From assembly GCA_937969445.1 (NCBI GenBank), contig CALBVZ010000020.1:1-53183 (forward strand): a DNA stretch of 53,183 bases, read 5' to 3'. Under the pieces are notes generated by a model that had not been told where the DNA came from, did no database searches, and was given only the letters and a program-made list of their open reading frames with translations. Positions 41,189 through 52,667 of the stretch are shown piece after piece. Source of the DNA: an uncultured Octadecabacter sp. Its GTDB lineage: Bacteria > Pseudomonadota > Alphaproteobacteria > Rhodobacterales > Rhodobacteraceae. Both the position numbers and the translations under genes were made by a program. Within the stretch, counting starts at the first letter, position 1. Each line of letters opens with the position of its first letter.

Positions 41189-41233
41189 TTCGGGCGTGGC
41201 GAATCCCTTTATTGGCACATATGGTGTTGAGTG

Positions 41234-43000
41234 ATGAATGACACACCAAATAACACGCGCACATTTTTAGATGTTGAAGCGTCAGCGACGGGGCGGCGTT
41301 GGATCGGTCCAAGCAGAGAAGATGACCGTTTGGCCGAGGCCATGGTGCAAGAAACGGCAATCCCATTGCCAGTTTGCCGGACATTGGTGCGTCGTGGTGT
41401 TGAAGCGAGTGAGGCCGCCGCGTTTCTAGCGCCGACGCTTCGTGACCTTATGCCAGACCCGCGTTCAATGCGCGATATGGAGAAGGCAGCGGCGCGGATT
41501 GTTGCGGCAGCGAATTCGCGCGAACGGATCGCAATTTTTGCGGACTATGATGTAGATGGCGGGACTTCGGCTGCTTTGCTGATCGATTGGTTGCGCGGCT
41601 TCAATGTATCACCGACCTTATATGTTCCTGACCGGATTGATGAAGGCTATGGCCCCAATGATGAGGCGATGTCGGCGCTTGCCCGCGACCATGACCTGAT
41701 CATTTGCGTGGATTGCGGAACGCTGTCGCACGGCCCAATTGATGCGGCTGTGGGCGCAGATGTCGTCGTGTTGGATCACCATTTGGGTGGTGAAACATTG
41801 CCACCTGCCTTGGCCGTTGTGAACCCGAACCGCCAAGACGAAACAGGCGACTTGGCGCATTTATGTGCGGCGGGCGTTGTGTTCTTGGCCTTGGTTGAGG
41901 CAAATCGGCAGCTGCGTGAAGCGGGATCGAAAACACCTGATTTGATGTCCCTGCTTGACCTTGTGGCACTTGGTACGGTGGCCGATGTTGCACCGCTGAT
42001 CGGAGTAAATCGCGCGTTTGTGCGCCAAGGACTGACAGTTATGGCGCGGCGCAAACGTGCAGGGCTGGTTGCGCTGGCCGATGTTTCGCGCATGGATACT
42101 GCGCCGTCGTCTTATCACCTTGGTTTTTTGCTTGGGCCGCGGGTGAATGCGGGTGGGCGGATCGGCAAGGCGGACCTTGGTGCGCGTCTATTGGCGACAA
42201 CAGATCCGCGTGAAGCCCAATCCATGGCCGCGCGCTTGGACGAATTGAACACCGAACGCCGCGACATTGAGAACCAAGTCCGCGAGATGGCGATTGAGCA
42301 AGCCGAAGAGCGCGGCACGGATGCCCCGCTGGTTTGGGCCGCTGGCGAGGGTTGGCATCCTGGTGTGGTCGGGATCGTCGCCTCGCGTTTGAAAGAATCG
42401 ACCAACCGACCTGCTATTGTGATCGGATTAGATGGTGATGAAGGTAAAGGCTCTGGGCGGTCTGTTTCTGGGATTGATCTTGGGGCCGCGATCCAACGCT
42501 GTGCAGCTGAAGGACTGCTGATCAAGGGCGGCGGACACAAGATGGCGGCTGGCCTGACGGTTGCACGCGACAACGTGGATGCTGCGATGGAACGTTTGTC
42601 AGAACTTCTTGGCAAACAAGGTGCCGGCGATATTGGCCCCGCAGACTTGAAGGTGGATGGGCTGTTGATGCCAGGGGCAGCAACTGTTGATCTGATCGAA
42701 ATCATCGAACAGGCGGGGCCATTTGGGGCCGGCGCCCCTGCCCCGCGCTTTGTTTTCCCGGATTGCACAATCAATTTCACCAAAGTCGTTGGCGCAAACC
42801 ATTTAAAGGTGACCTTCGGCGACGGGCTAAGCGCGCGCATTGATGCAATCTGTTTTGGCGCGATGGACACGCCTTTGGGCCCTATGTTGCAGGACCACGG
42901 GGGCGCGCGCTTCCATCTGGCAGGGCGTTTGGAAATCAACACATGGCAGGGCCGCCAGCGTCCACAATTGCGCCTAGAAGACGCGGCACCTGCCACCTAA
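41234..43000 (+). CDS. recJ: Single-stranded DNA exonuclease RecJ
   Basis: DYDVDG, VDCG, DHH, GGGHKMAAG. Confidence 0.95.
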   Translation: MNDTPNNTRTFLDVEASATGRRWIGPSREDDRLAEAMVQETAIPLPVCRTLVRRGVEASEAAAFLAPTLRDLMPDPRSMRDMEKAAARIVAAANSRERIAIFADYDVDGGTSAALLIDWLRGFNVSPTLYVPDRIDEGYGPNDEAMSALARDHDLIICVDCGTLSHGPIDAAVGADVVVLDHHLGGETLPPALAVVNPNRQDETGDLAHLCAAGVVFLALVEANRQLREAGSKTPDLMSLLDLVALGTVADVAPLIGVNRAFVRQGLTVMARRKRAGLVALADVSRMDTAPSSYHLGFLLGPRVNAGGRIGKADLGARLLATTDPREAQSMAARLDELNTERRDIENQVREMAIEQAEERGTDAPLVWAAGEGWHPGVVGIVASRLKESTNRPAIVIGLDGDEGKGSGRSVSGIDLGAAIQRCAAEGLLIKGGGHKMAAGLTVARDNVDAAMERLSELLGKQGAGDIGPADLKVDGLLMPGAATVDLIEIIEQAGPFGAGAPAPRFVFPDCTINFTKVVGANHLKVTFGDGLSARIDAICFGAMDTPLGPMLQDHGGARFHLAGRLEINTWQGRQRPQLRLEDAAPAT

Positions 43001-43031
43001 AAAATTCTGTGTTTTTTTGCGAAGTTTCTAC

Positions 43032-43060
43032 TTGCGTGTTTCGAGAGGGTTCCCTAAATA
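43032..43060 (+). promoter_or_regulatory. tRNA promoter
   Basis: TTGCGT-17 nt-TAAATA. Confidence 0.65.
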
Positions 43061-43075
43061 CGCCTCACCAAGCGC

Positions 43076-43150
43076 GGTCCCTTCGTCTATCGGTTAGGAC
43101 GCCAGGTTTTCAACCTGGAAAGAGGGGTTCGATTCCCCTAGGGACTGCCA
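43076..43150 (+). tRNA. tRNA-Glu (TTC)
   Basis: Acceptor GGTCCCT/AGGGACT; anticodon arm CCAGG-TTTTCAA-CCTGG; GTTCGATTC T-loop; encoded CCA. Confidence 0.96.
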
Positions 43151-43189
43151 TTGGTGTTTTCAACATATTGATAGTCTTCACTTTTCTAG

Positions 43190-43495
43190 TTAGATGCCCG
43201 ACCCGGCATTCAGGTTGGACATTGTTTGCTTTGTTTCTTTGCCTGATAGCTTCGCCGCACCGCTTGCAGCCATTCTAGCGCGGATTGCGACAAAACGTAT
43301 TATACAGCTAGTCTAGGACCTGAATGGGCAAGATAAGATGTGATTTCCCAATCCTTGGCACCTTGCTCTGCAAGCCACGTTGCGTCGGCTTTGCGCAATC
43401 ATGGATGTTCGCACTAGAGATATTTTGACCAGCCTCAACTGCCCGCTGTTTAAACCAGTAACCAATTGCGCCAACTTTAAAGGACAGCAGGCCCT
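43190..43495 (-). pseudogene. C-terminal remnant of a tyrosine recombinase / phage integrase
   Basis: GYWFKQRAVEAG...H(G)LRKADATWLAEQGAKDWEITSYLAHSGPRLAV*Y...RARMAASGAAKL. Frameshift near 43400, stop at 43300-43302, second frameshift near 43290. Confidence 0.8.
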
Positions 43496-44135
43496 GCCTG
43501 CCGCTTCATGACAGTTTCGACATGACGCTTTTCAAATGATTTGAAATCAGGCCGCCCAACAGGCGCGGCTGGACCTGCCTTTAGTTTCTATAAACGTATT
43601 GCAAGTCATCACATTGCAGCGGCAGCCGCGGGTTCGCGATAGTCTTAAGACGCAACCATTGACCGGCCGTGAAGTGCTGGATTTCATTGAACATCGCCCT
43701 TGAGACCGTTGTATTTTTTATAAACGCCGGCCGCTCTTTTTGTTGGCTCACCGTTTGCAATCGAGATTGGAAAATTGCGGCATCTTGGGAATCCACCATG
43801 GCCGCCGAACCTCTTTGCTCCGCTTGTTTTCCGAAGTCCCGCTTTAGAAAGTGACCGATCGAAAGCCCTGGCAAAGACAGCGTTCTCGTCCAGGACGTCA
43901 GCCATGCACTTCACAAAAACACGAGGATTCACCAGTTTTCGCTCCCTACACTATTTGATTTGGATGCAAATTGGAGCTGTGACCCCATTTGGCTTCAAGT
44001 CACTTAAGAGAAGCCACACATGGTACCGCTTGCCAGCAAAACAGCTAGGGATGTGCCGAAAAGTGGGCTGTCGCCCCAGATCAAACCAATGGTGGTTCTT
44101 CTGAGGTGACCAGTTTGACCTTTATGCAGAAACAG

Positions 44136-45221
44136 CTACAGCACCCCGCGTTCAATTTGATCTGCTTCTATACTTTCGAACAGCGCCTTAAAGTTGCCTT
44201 CGCCAAAGCCGTCGTCGCCTTTACGCTGAATGAACTCGAAAAAGATCGGGCCGATAACCGTCTTTGAGAAAATTTGAAGCAGAATGCGCGTTTCTCCACC
44301 GCCCACAACGCCTTCACCGTCGATCATGATCCCATTCTTAACCATGCGATCTATCGGTTCTTGGTGGCCTGTGACACGCGTTTTACTGAGGTCATAATAC
44401 GCCTTCGGCGGGCCTTTCATAAACCTGATCCCGCGCGCGGCAATTTCGTCGGTGGCGTCATAGATGTCACGCGCGCCGACAGCGATGTGCTGAATACCCT
44501 CACCGTTGTAGCGTTTCAGATATTCGACAATCTGGCCTGTTTCTCCGCGGTCCTCGTTAATTGGGATACGGATGCGTCCACAAGGCGACGTTAGTGCGCG
44601 GCTCAGAAGGCCCGTGAATTTGCCTTCAATGTCGAAGAACCGGATTTCTTTGAAACCGAACAGATCGCCGTAGAACCGGAACCAGATGTCCATGTTGCCC
44701 TTGTGTACGTTGTGGGTCAGATGATCGAGGTAGTAGAATCCGACACCAGTTGGATGGGTCTTGCTGACCCAATCAAATTCATCATTGTAAGGGTTCGCGT
44801 CGTAATACTGATCAATGAAATAAATCAGCGATCCGCCAATGCCTTCGATGGCTGGGACATCCATCGTTTTGTCGTTCGCTGTATAGGGCACAGCACCTTT
44901 GCTGACAGCATGGTCGAACGCGTGCTCCGCATCCACGACCCGCCACGCCATTGATGGCGCACAGGGTCCGTGTTCTTCAACAAATCGTCGCGCATGGCTG
45001 TTTGGTTCATTGTTTAAGACGTAGGTGATGTCGCCTTGTTGCCAAAGCTGGATGTCTTTGGTTTTGTGGGTCGCTGTGTGGACGTATCCCATTTTGGTAA
45101 AAAGCACGCGAAGCTCATCCGGTTCAGGGTGCGAAAATTCTACGAATTCAAACCCGTCAGTGCCGGCAGGGTTTTCCTCTGACAAAGTTGATTTGGGTGC
45201 ATCGTGGGGGAAAGGGCCCAT
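44136..45221 (-). CDS. hppD: 4-hydroxyphenylpyruvate dioxygenase
   Basis: GTDGFEFVEF, DHLTHNV, GIQHIA, FEFIQRKG, GFGEGNF. Confidence 0.95.
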   Translation of the reverse strand: MGPFPHDAPKSTLSEENPAGTDGFEFVEFSHPEPDELRVLFTKMGYVHTATHKTKDIQLWQQGDITYVLNNEPNSHARRFVEEHGPCAPSMAWRVVDAEHAFDHAVSKGAVPYTANDKTMDVPAIEGIGGSLIYFIDQYYDANPYNDEFDWVSKTHPTGVGFYYLDHLTHNVHKGNMDIWFRFYGDLFGFKEIRFFDIEGKFTGLLSRALTSPCGRIRIPINEDRGETGQIVEYLKRYNGEGIQHIAVGARDIYDATDEIAARGIRFMKGPPKAYYDLSKTRVTGHQEPIDRMVKNGIMIDGEGVVGGGETRILLQIFSKTVIGPIFFEFIQRKGDDGFGEGNFKALFESIEADQIERGVL

Positions 45222-45347
45222 CTTCGTTCTCCTCGTTTTCTCAAGTTTAGCCGATACATCGCGCAATAGGTGCGCAAAAATGGCTGCTCATACCCCAATT
45301 ATTGCGTATCAATTGCAAAGTTGTAGAAATTGACGCAATATCCACGC

Positions 45348-45833
45348 ATGGCACACCTTGATTCGAAAGACATCCAACTCTTGGCGCTCTTGCAACAGGA
45401 CAGTCAGGTTTCGGCGATCGAGCTGTCTGACAGACTTGGAATGTCTGCCTCCCAGATCGGTCGGAGGCGTCAAAAGCTCGAGGCTGACGGATACATTGAT
45501 GGATATCCGTGCAGGCTTAACGCACAGATGTTAGGACTGAACGTTCAAGCCTTCATTCAGGTGGAAACGGCGTCCCAGACAAACCAAACCCACGCGGCCA
45601 TTCAAAACCTCACACGGTCACTGCCCGAGGTCGTCGCTGCTTGGACTTTGACTGGGGAGGCGGATTATATCTTTAGGGTGTACTGCCAGAACCTGGCGGG
45701 TCTTAATCACCTAATCCAAAATATTCTTTTGGCCCATCCGTTGATCGGACGGGTCCAAAGCCAGATCGTTATGGACCAAGTCAAAGACGAAACCGCACTG
45801 CCGCTGGAGGGGCTTTCTCCCGCGGCTATCTAG
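45348..45833 (+). CDS. Lrp/AsnC family regulator divergent from hppD
   Basis: LDSKDIQLLALLQQD HTH; LTGEADY; promoter TTGCAA-17-CAATAT-6-ATG. Confidence 0.9.
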   Translation: MAHLDSKDIQLLALLQQDSQVSAIELSDRLGMSASQIGRRRQKLEADGYIDGYPCRLNAQMLGLNVQAFIQVETASQTNQTHAAIQNLTRSLPEVVAAWTLTGEADYIFRVYCQNLAGLNHLIQNILLAHPLIGRVQSQIVMDQVKDETALPLEGLSPAAI

Positions 45834-45887
45834 GGGCTGATTTCATTTCAACGGTTTGCTTTCGTGGTGCCCTTTCAGGCCCTGCCC

Positions 45888-46260
45888 TCATAAAAATATG
45901 GGCCACGATAAGTGCGGCAGCAAAAGGAAAAGGATCGTCAAGATCGTCAGGATCGGGATAAAGATGATCCAAAGGTTGTGCCAATCCTGTTTGCTTATGG
46001 TCATATCTTGGGGGATATCGCGCAACGGTTCGACCTTCTCGCGCCGGGCCTGAAACATCACCGCCAGAAAGATCGACTGCAAAAAAGCGATTTCTGGGAT
46101 AAAAACTGCGTCAAACGTACGGCCAGATTGATCAATGATTTTCCCCGCAGAGGAGCCGAACGGCGCGCCAAGTATCACAAAGGGGAAGGCTTGATTGACG
46201 ATGATTTCCAAAAACGGCCTATGAAACCATCTGGGGCAATAAAAGCGTTCGACACCTTTT
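45888..46260 (-). pseudogene. Probable fragment of a TRAP 4TM/12TM fused permease
   Basis: With one frameshift near 46210: DGFIGRF(L)EIIVNQAFPFVILGAPFGSSAG joined to IPEIAFLQSIFLAVMFQARREKVEPL...QDWHNLWIIFIPIL. Similarity is from recall only. Confidence 0.5.
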
Positions 46261-46541
46261 ACCGTGAGAGGCTTCCCGACTCTCCTAGCAATGTTGCACT
46301 CCATCTATCGACATCAAAACGGCATAAGATTGATGCCGATAGATAAGAACTGACAGAAAAACTAGGTCATTGTTATAGGTGAATTTAATAGAATTTGAGG
46401 TGGTTTTAGATTTGCTTTACCCTACCCTAAGGGCTGCCATTGGTAACCTCACCACATTCCGAGCTAACAGCCATGCTCTCGGTCGGGGGTTACATTTTCA
46501 GCAGTGGGCATCAGATGCTTCTCGGTTCATTGTAGTGTTAG

Positions 46542-48227
<1,686 letters not shown>

Positions 48228-48230
48228 GGC

Positions 48231-48887
48231 TTAGACATCCAGCGGGTCAATCAGTTCCGGCCCGCTTGCACGATTGGAATTGACCGCGGGGTCAACGCGG
48301 TGGAAAGACAACGTGTCCTCATTCGTGGCTTGCATCAATTTAGCAGCACCCTTGCCCTCTTCGCCAAGCCATAGCGCCCATTGGTCCTGTTCCAAAATCA
48401 CCGGTATCCGGTGATGGATTGTGGCCATCGCCTCGTTCGCGCCTGTTGTGACAATGGCCGCCGTGGCACCCAATTCACCCCAATCTTGCCAAATCGCGCC
48501 GAACGCAATCGGGGCTGCATCGCTGCGCTGAATGTACCACGGCAGCTTCGTGCCGTCCTCAAGGCGGGTCCATTCATAAAAACCCGCCGCAGGAATGATG
48601 CAACGTCGCTCACGACACGCGGCCTTGAACGCTGGTTTTTCTGCAATCGTTTCGGCACGGGCATTGATCAGCAACGGCCCGCCGTTCGGCTTTTGATACC
48701 AATGTGGAATAAATCCCCAACGAACTGGCCGATAACTGCGCCCGACGTCACTTAGAGTAATCGCCGCAACTTGAACCGTAGGGCAGACGTTATAATTCGG
48801 AACGTCAGGCAAGTCATTGGCGGGCGCTGCCGCAAACATTTGCGCCATCGCATCATGGGGAAGTGTTGTGGCCATTCGTCCGCACAT
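48231..48887 (-). CDS. SRAP-domain abasic-site processing protein (YedK/HMCES family)
   Basis: N-terminal MCGR (catalytic Cys2), INARAET, FYEW, IHHRIP. Confidence 0.92.
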   Translation of the reverse strand: MCGRMATTLPHDAMAQMFAAAPANDLPDVPNYNVCPTVQVAAITLSDVGRSYRPVRWGFIPHWYQKPNGGPLLINARAETIAEKPAFKAACRERRCIIPAAGFYEWTRLEDGTKLPWYIQRSDAAPIAFGAIWQDWGELGATAAIVTTGANEAMATIHHRIPVILEQDQWALWLGEEGKGAAKLMQATNEDTLSFHRVDPAVNSNRASGPELIDPLDV

Positions 48888-48963
48888 ACCAACAGCTTGC
48901 ACCATCACGGCTGCACTTTAAAGGTACGCTCTCTGGGTGTCGCTGCCCCAACGCGTCGGCCAT

Positions 48964-48995
48964 AAAAAACCCCATCGCACTTTCGTGCGACGGGG
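48964..48995 (-). terminator. Rho-independent terminator of the 5'-nucleotidase gene
   Basis: CCCCGTCGCAC-GAAA-GTGCGATGGGG-TTTTTT. Confidence 0.85.
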
Positions 48996-49017
48996 CCAAA
49001 CGCATGCAATCGCGCGC

Positions 49018-50580
49018 TTATTTCATGTTGATGCGGCCATCCGTGTAAGGCTGGTATGGCGCGTTTTCGATCAAAAAGTCTGCCACAACAGTTTCCAGAC
49101 CCGGGCCAAAGTCATAGGCGTTGGCTGCGTTTTCAAACATGGAATAGCCGTCACCGCCGTTACGAACATAGTTGTTCGTGGCCAACAGATAAGTCGCCGC
49201 TTCGTCCAGTGGCGCACCACCGATCGTCACGTCGCTGATCCGGCTGCCGGGCTCGGCGCTTAGCGTCGCAGTGTAGGTGATGCCAGAAACCTGCGGGAAA
49301 CGGCCTGCGCCATCTTCCACTTCGCCCACACCATTTTCAAGCGCGGCGAGAACATCTGCACCCGAGGCCTCAAAAGTGGCCAGCGTGTTCTGGAACGGCA
49401 GCACTGTCAGCACCTCACCCATGGTGATCTCGCCTGCATCAATAGAGGCGCGCAAGCCACCACCATTTTGGATTGCAGCCACAACGCCCTGATCGGCCGT
49501 GTGCGCAAGCATGGCATCAGCCACGAGGTTCCCCATCGCACATTCCATCGCACGGCAAACCTCACGTGATCCTTCGATCACATCTGTCGTGTCTGCAACA
49601 ACCTGCGTCTTCATCTCTTCGATCGGGCCAGCCAGCTCGGCCACGCGGGCCACGATGGCCTCATCCTCGGCAACGGATGCATCCAGCAGGATCGTGTCGC
49701 CGGTGGCCGATGTCACGTTGCCCGCATCATCAAACACCAGCGTCAGATGGCCCACATATTTGGAATAGGCATAGGCCTGCACCACAGGCACATCGCCAAC
49801 CATCGTCGGATAGGCCATCGCGCCCTCAACCGTGTTGGAGAATTCCGTGTGGCTGTGACCACCCACAACCGCGTCGATCCCCGCAACACCTTCGGCAATC
49901 GCCATATCCATGTTCACACCGACGTGGTTCAGCGCGATAATCTTTGTCACACCCTCCGCCTCAAGCGCGGCAACATCGCCCGCAAGGCTCTCCATCTCGT
50001 TCGAGAAGATCACCGCATCAGAGGGAGAAGCGGTTTCAACCGTATCCGCCGCCAAGGCCGAGATAATCCCGATCTTTTCGCCACCAACCTCAAGCACCAC
50101 GTGGTTGTCCACGAGGCCAGCCAGAATGTTGGATTGGCTGACGTCGATATTGCCGGAGATCACGGGGAACTCGACACCATTGGCCAGCTTGGCAAGGCCC
50201 TCGTCGCCGTCATCAAATTCGTGGTTGCCCACGGCCATGGCATCAAAGCCGATGGCATTCATAAACTCGATCTCGGCGTCGCCCTTATAGGTCGTGTACA
50301 TCAGGGAGCCCTGATACTGGTCGCCCGCATCCAGCACGATCAGGTTCTCGCCCTCCAGTTCAGCGCGCAGCTGGTTGATCATGGTGGCCACACGGGCCAC
50401 GCCACCAAAGCATTCGCCTGCCGCGTTGTCCTCGGCGCTGCAGGTGCCGTCGTATTTGCTGATCGGTTCGATCCGGCTGTGCAGATCGTTAATGTGAACA
50501 ATGTGCAACGTGTAATCTGCCGCTGCCATGCCTGCGAACATAGTGCAGGCGGCTGTCGTTGAAAGAAGTCGTGTAAGCAT
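49018..50580 (-). CDS. Periplasmic 5'-nucleotidase / UDP-sugar hydrolase (UshA family)
   Basis: HINDLH, DAGD, GNHEFD, GGHSH, NGGGLR, GGDGY; signal peptide. Confidence 0.93.
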   Translation of the reverse strand: MLTRLLSTTAACTMFAGMAAADYTLHIVHINDLHSRIEPISKYDGTCSAEDNAAGECFGGVARVATMINQLRAELEGENLIVLDAGDQYQGSLMYTTYKGDAEIEFMNAIGFDAMAVGNHEFDDGDEGLAKLANGVEFPVISGNIDVSQSNILAGLVDNHVVLEVGGEKIGIISALAADTVETASPSDAVIFSNEMESLAGDVAALEAEGVTKIIALNHVGVNMDMAIAEGVAGIDAVVGGHSHTEFSNTVEGAMAYPTMVGDVPVVQAYAYSKYVGHLTLVFDDAGNVTSATGDTILLDASVAEDEAIVARVAELAGPIEEMKTQVVADTTDVIEGSREVCRAMECAMGNLVADAMLAHTADQGVVAAIQNGGGLRASIDAGEITMGEVLTVLPFQNTLATFEASGADVLAALENGVGEVEDGAGRFPQVSGITYTATLSAEPGSRISDVTIGGAPLDEAATYLLATNNYVRNGGDGYSMFENAANAYDFGPGLETVVADFLIENAPYQPYTDGRINMK

Positions 50581-50691
50581 AATAGCCCCCATTGGATTTT
50601 CTGGCACCAGCTTGGGTTGAGTCGGGTCAAAGAGTCAAAGCCCAAGCGTCCAAAGTAGCGTAACGTCGCTTTGTGACAGGCTGGTGACGGC

Positions 50692-51210
50692 CTAGGTGCC
50701 GCCCTTTTGTGCAAACAACATCCCCTTAGCGCAGCGCTCAATCACCCAGTCAACTTCATCGGTCAACAGTGCCGCCTTAAACGCCGGCAAATTAGATGTT
50801 TCATCGGCAACGATCAGCCAGCCAGAGGGCGCGACACATGCAATCAACGCCAAGAACGTCGCCGCCCGTGGCGCAGCACCCAGCATATGTAACGTGCGGT
50901 CGATCAGCAGAATATCGAACGCGCCAAGGGGGGTGTATTCCGTGATATCCGCAACATGACCTGTGATGCTTAACCCTTCAGCGTCGGCCTCGGCGCACAT
51001 GGCTTCAATGCCACTTGGGGCTAGATCGATCCCCGTAACATCGTGCCCTGCCCGCGCAAGGGGCAACGCATCGCGCCCCTGCCCACAACCCACATCCAGA
51101 ATGCGTGCGCCTTTAAGGTTCAATCCCGCAATAAACGCCGCAATTTCTGCTGTTTGCTCGCCCAAAGCATGGGCCTCGCTCGCGTACAGTTTATCGTAGT
51201 CGTAGCTCAT
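50692..51210 (-). CDS. Class I SAM-dependent methyltransferase
   Basis: ILDVGCGQGR motif I. Confidence 0.85.
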   Translation of the reverse strand: MSYDYDKLYASEAHALGEQTAEIAAFIAGLNLKGARILDVGCGQGRDALPLARAGHDVTGIDLAPSGIEAMCAEADAEGLSITGHVADITEYTPLGAFDILLIDRTLHMLGAAPRAATFLALIACVAPSGWLIVADETSNLPAFKAALLTDEVDWVIERCAKGMLFAQKGGT

Positions 51211-51291
51211 GCCAATTGCCCTTCAATTCAAAACCGAATGCGTTACGGGGGCAACCTTGACGATCGGGGCGTAGGATGGAAAGTGGAGCAT

Positions 51292-51627
51292 ATGAAAATT
51301 TACAAAATCCTGACCGCCGAACAATGGAGCGAACTGGACCAGACGGGCACTTTCACCGGTGCGCCGATCGATCTGGCCGACGGCTACATTCACACCTCAA
51401 CCGCTGAACAGGCGCAAGAAACGGCTGACAAGCATTTCGCCGGTGTCGAAGGGCTAATGCTCGTCGCGTTGGATGCAGATACCTTTGGGGATGATCTGGT
51501 TTGGGAAGTGTCACGCGGTGGCGCTGAGTTTCCCCATATCTATAACCGCCCCATGCTGCGCGCCGAAGTGATCTGGGTACGGGACATGCCACTGGTTGAT
51601 GGTCGTCACGTGTTGGATTTCGCATGA
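51292..51627 (+). CDS. DUF952 domain protein
   Basis: [28 protein letters not shown]; RBS GGAG. Confidence 0.88.
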   Translation: MKIYKILTAEQWSELDQTGTFTGAPIDLADGYIHTSTAEQAQETADKHFAGVEGLMLVALDADTFGDDLVWEVSRGGAEFPHIYNRPMLRAEVIWVRDMPLVDGRHVLDFA

Positions 51628-52667
51628 AGCTGCTTGAAACGATTGGGCTGCGCGCCCTGCGAACGCTTGACCCTGAAACCGCCCACGGGCTGGCGCTGAA
51701 GGCGTTGAACACAGGACTTGGTCCAAGTGGAGGCGCGGTAACCTCTGATCGACTGCGCTGTACCTTGGCTGGTCTGGATCTGCCTAACCCTGTTGGGTTG
51801 GCAGCTGGCTTTGACAAGAACGCGACCGCCTTGGCCGCCCTTGGGCGCACGGGATTCGGTTTTCTTGAGGTCGGTGCCGCAACCCCGCTTGCCCAAGAAG
51901 GCAACCCTCGCCCACGCCTGTATCGGCTGACGGAAGATGAAGCGGCGATCAATCGTTTCGGTTTTAACAACGAAGGCATGGAGCCGATCGCGGCGCGCCT
52001 TTCCAAACGTCCCAAAGGGCGGATCGTCGGCCTAAACCTTGGCGCGAACAAAACCAGCGAAGACCGCGCTGCGGACTTCGCGCGCGTGCTGGCCCATTGC
52101 GGACCCTACGTTGATTTCGCCACCGTCAATGTTTCATCCCCCAACACCGAAAAGCTGCGTGATTTACAGGGCAAAGACGCGCTGGCCGCATTGCTTGGCG
52201 GCGTGATGGAAGCGAACGCTGCTGACATCCCTGTGTTCCTGAAAATCGCACCAGACCTGACGGATGCGGACCTACAAGACGTGGCTGATGTTGTCGGATC
52301 TTCTGGCATTTCCGCAATCATCACCACCAACACGACCCTGTCACGCGACGGGTTAAGCAGCGTGCATAAAGGCGAAGCTGGCGGATTGTCCGGCCAGCCG
52401 CTGTTTGAAAAATCCACGCGCATTTTGGCAAAGCTGTCGACCCTGACAGATGTGCCGTTGATTGGTGTCGGTGGCATAGGTTCGGCCGAGCAAGCCTACA
52501 CCAAAATCCGCGCCGGTGCCTCTGCGGTCCAGTTCTACACGGCGTTGGTTTACGGCGGCATTTCTTTGGCAGGAGAGATTGCACAGGGCTTAGACGAATT
52601 GCTGGTGCGCGACGGGTTTGCGAATGTAGCTGATGCCGTCGGAACCGCACGGGAAGACTGGCTATGA
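51624..52667 (+). CDS. pyrD: Quinone-dependent dihydroorotate dehydrogenase
   Basis: [27 protein letters not shown]. Confidence 0.96.
   Translation: MKLLETIGLRALRTLDPETAHGLALKALNTGLGPSGGAVTSDRLRCTLAGLDLPNPVGLAAGFDKNATALAALGRTGFGFLEVGAATPLAQEGNPRPRLYRLTEDEAAINRFGFNNEGMEPIAARLSKRPKGRIVGLNLGANKTSEDRAADFARVLAHCGPYVDFATVNVSSPNTEKLRDLQGKDALAALLGGVMEANAADIPVFLKIAPDLTDADLQDVADVVGSSGISAIITTNTTLSRDGLSSVHKGEAGGLSGQPLFEKSTRILAKLSTLTDVPLIGVGGIGSAEQAYTKIRAGASAVQFYTALVYGGISLAGEIAQGLDELLVRDGFANVADAVGTAREDWL

Larger units (their letters stand above)
43136..46444. mobile_element. Eroded integrative element at tRNA-Glu, bounded by att-like direct repeats
   Basis: CCCTAGGGACTGCCATTGGT (43136-43155) versus CCCTAAGGGCTGCCATTGGT (46425-46444), 18/20; integrase remnant beside the tRNA. 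Confidence 0.75.

Noticed and set aside
41177-41191. GAAC-N7-GTTC upstream of recJ as a LexA box
   Set aside because: Alphaproteobacterial LexA sites are direct repeats (GTTC-N7-GTTC). This one is inverted and mostly part of the dispersed repeat.
42943-43278. 111-aa ORF over the tRNA
   Set aside because: It is a shadow ORF across tRNA-Glu and the antisense integrase remnant.
45912-46346. Highly charged + strand ORF with QDRQDR repeats
   Set aside because: It is best explained as the antisense read of hydrophobic codons from the permease remnant.
50617-50630. TTGA-N6-TCAA as an FNR box for the 5'-nucleotidase
   Set aside because: It is degenerate, too close to the start codon for class II activation, and overlaps likely -35 elements.
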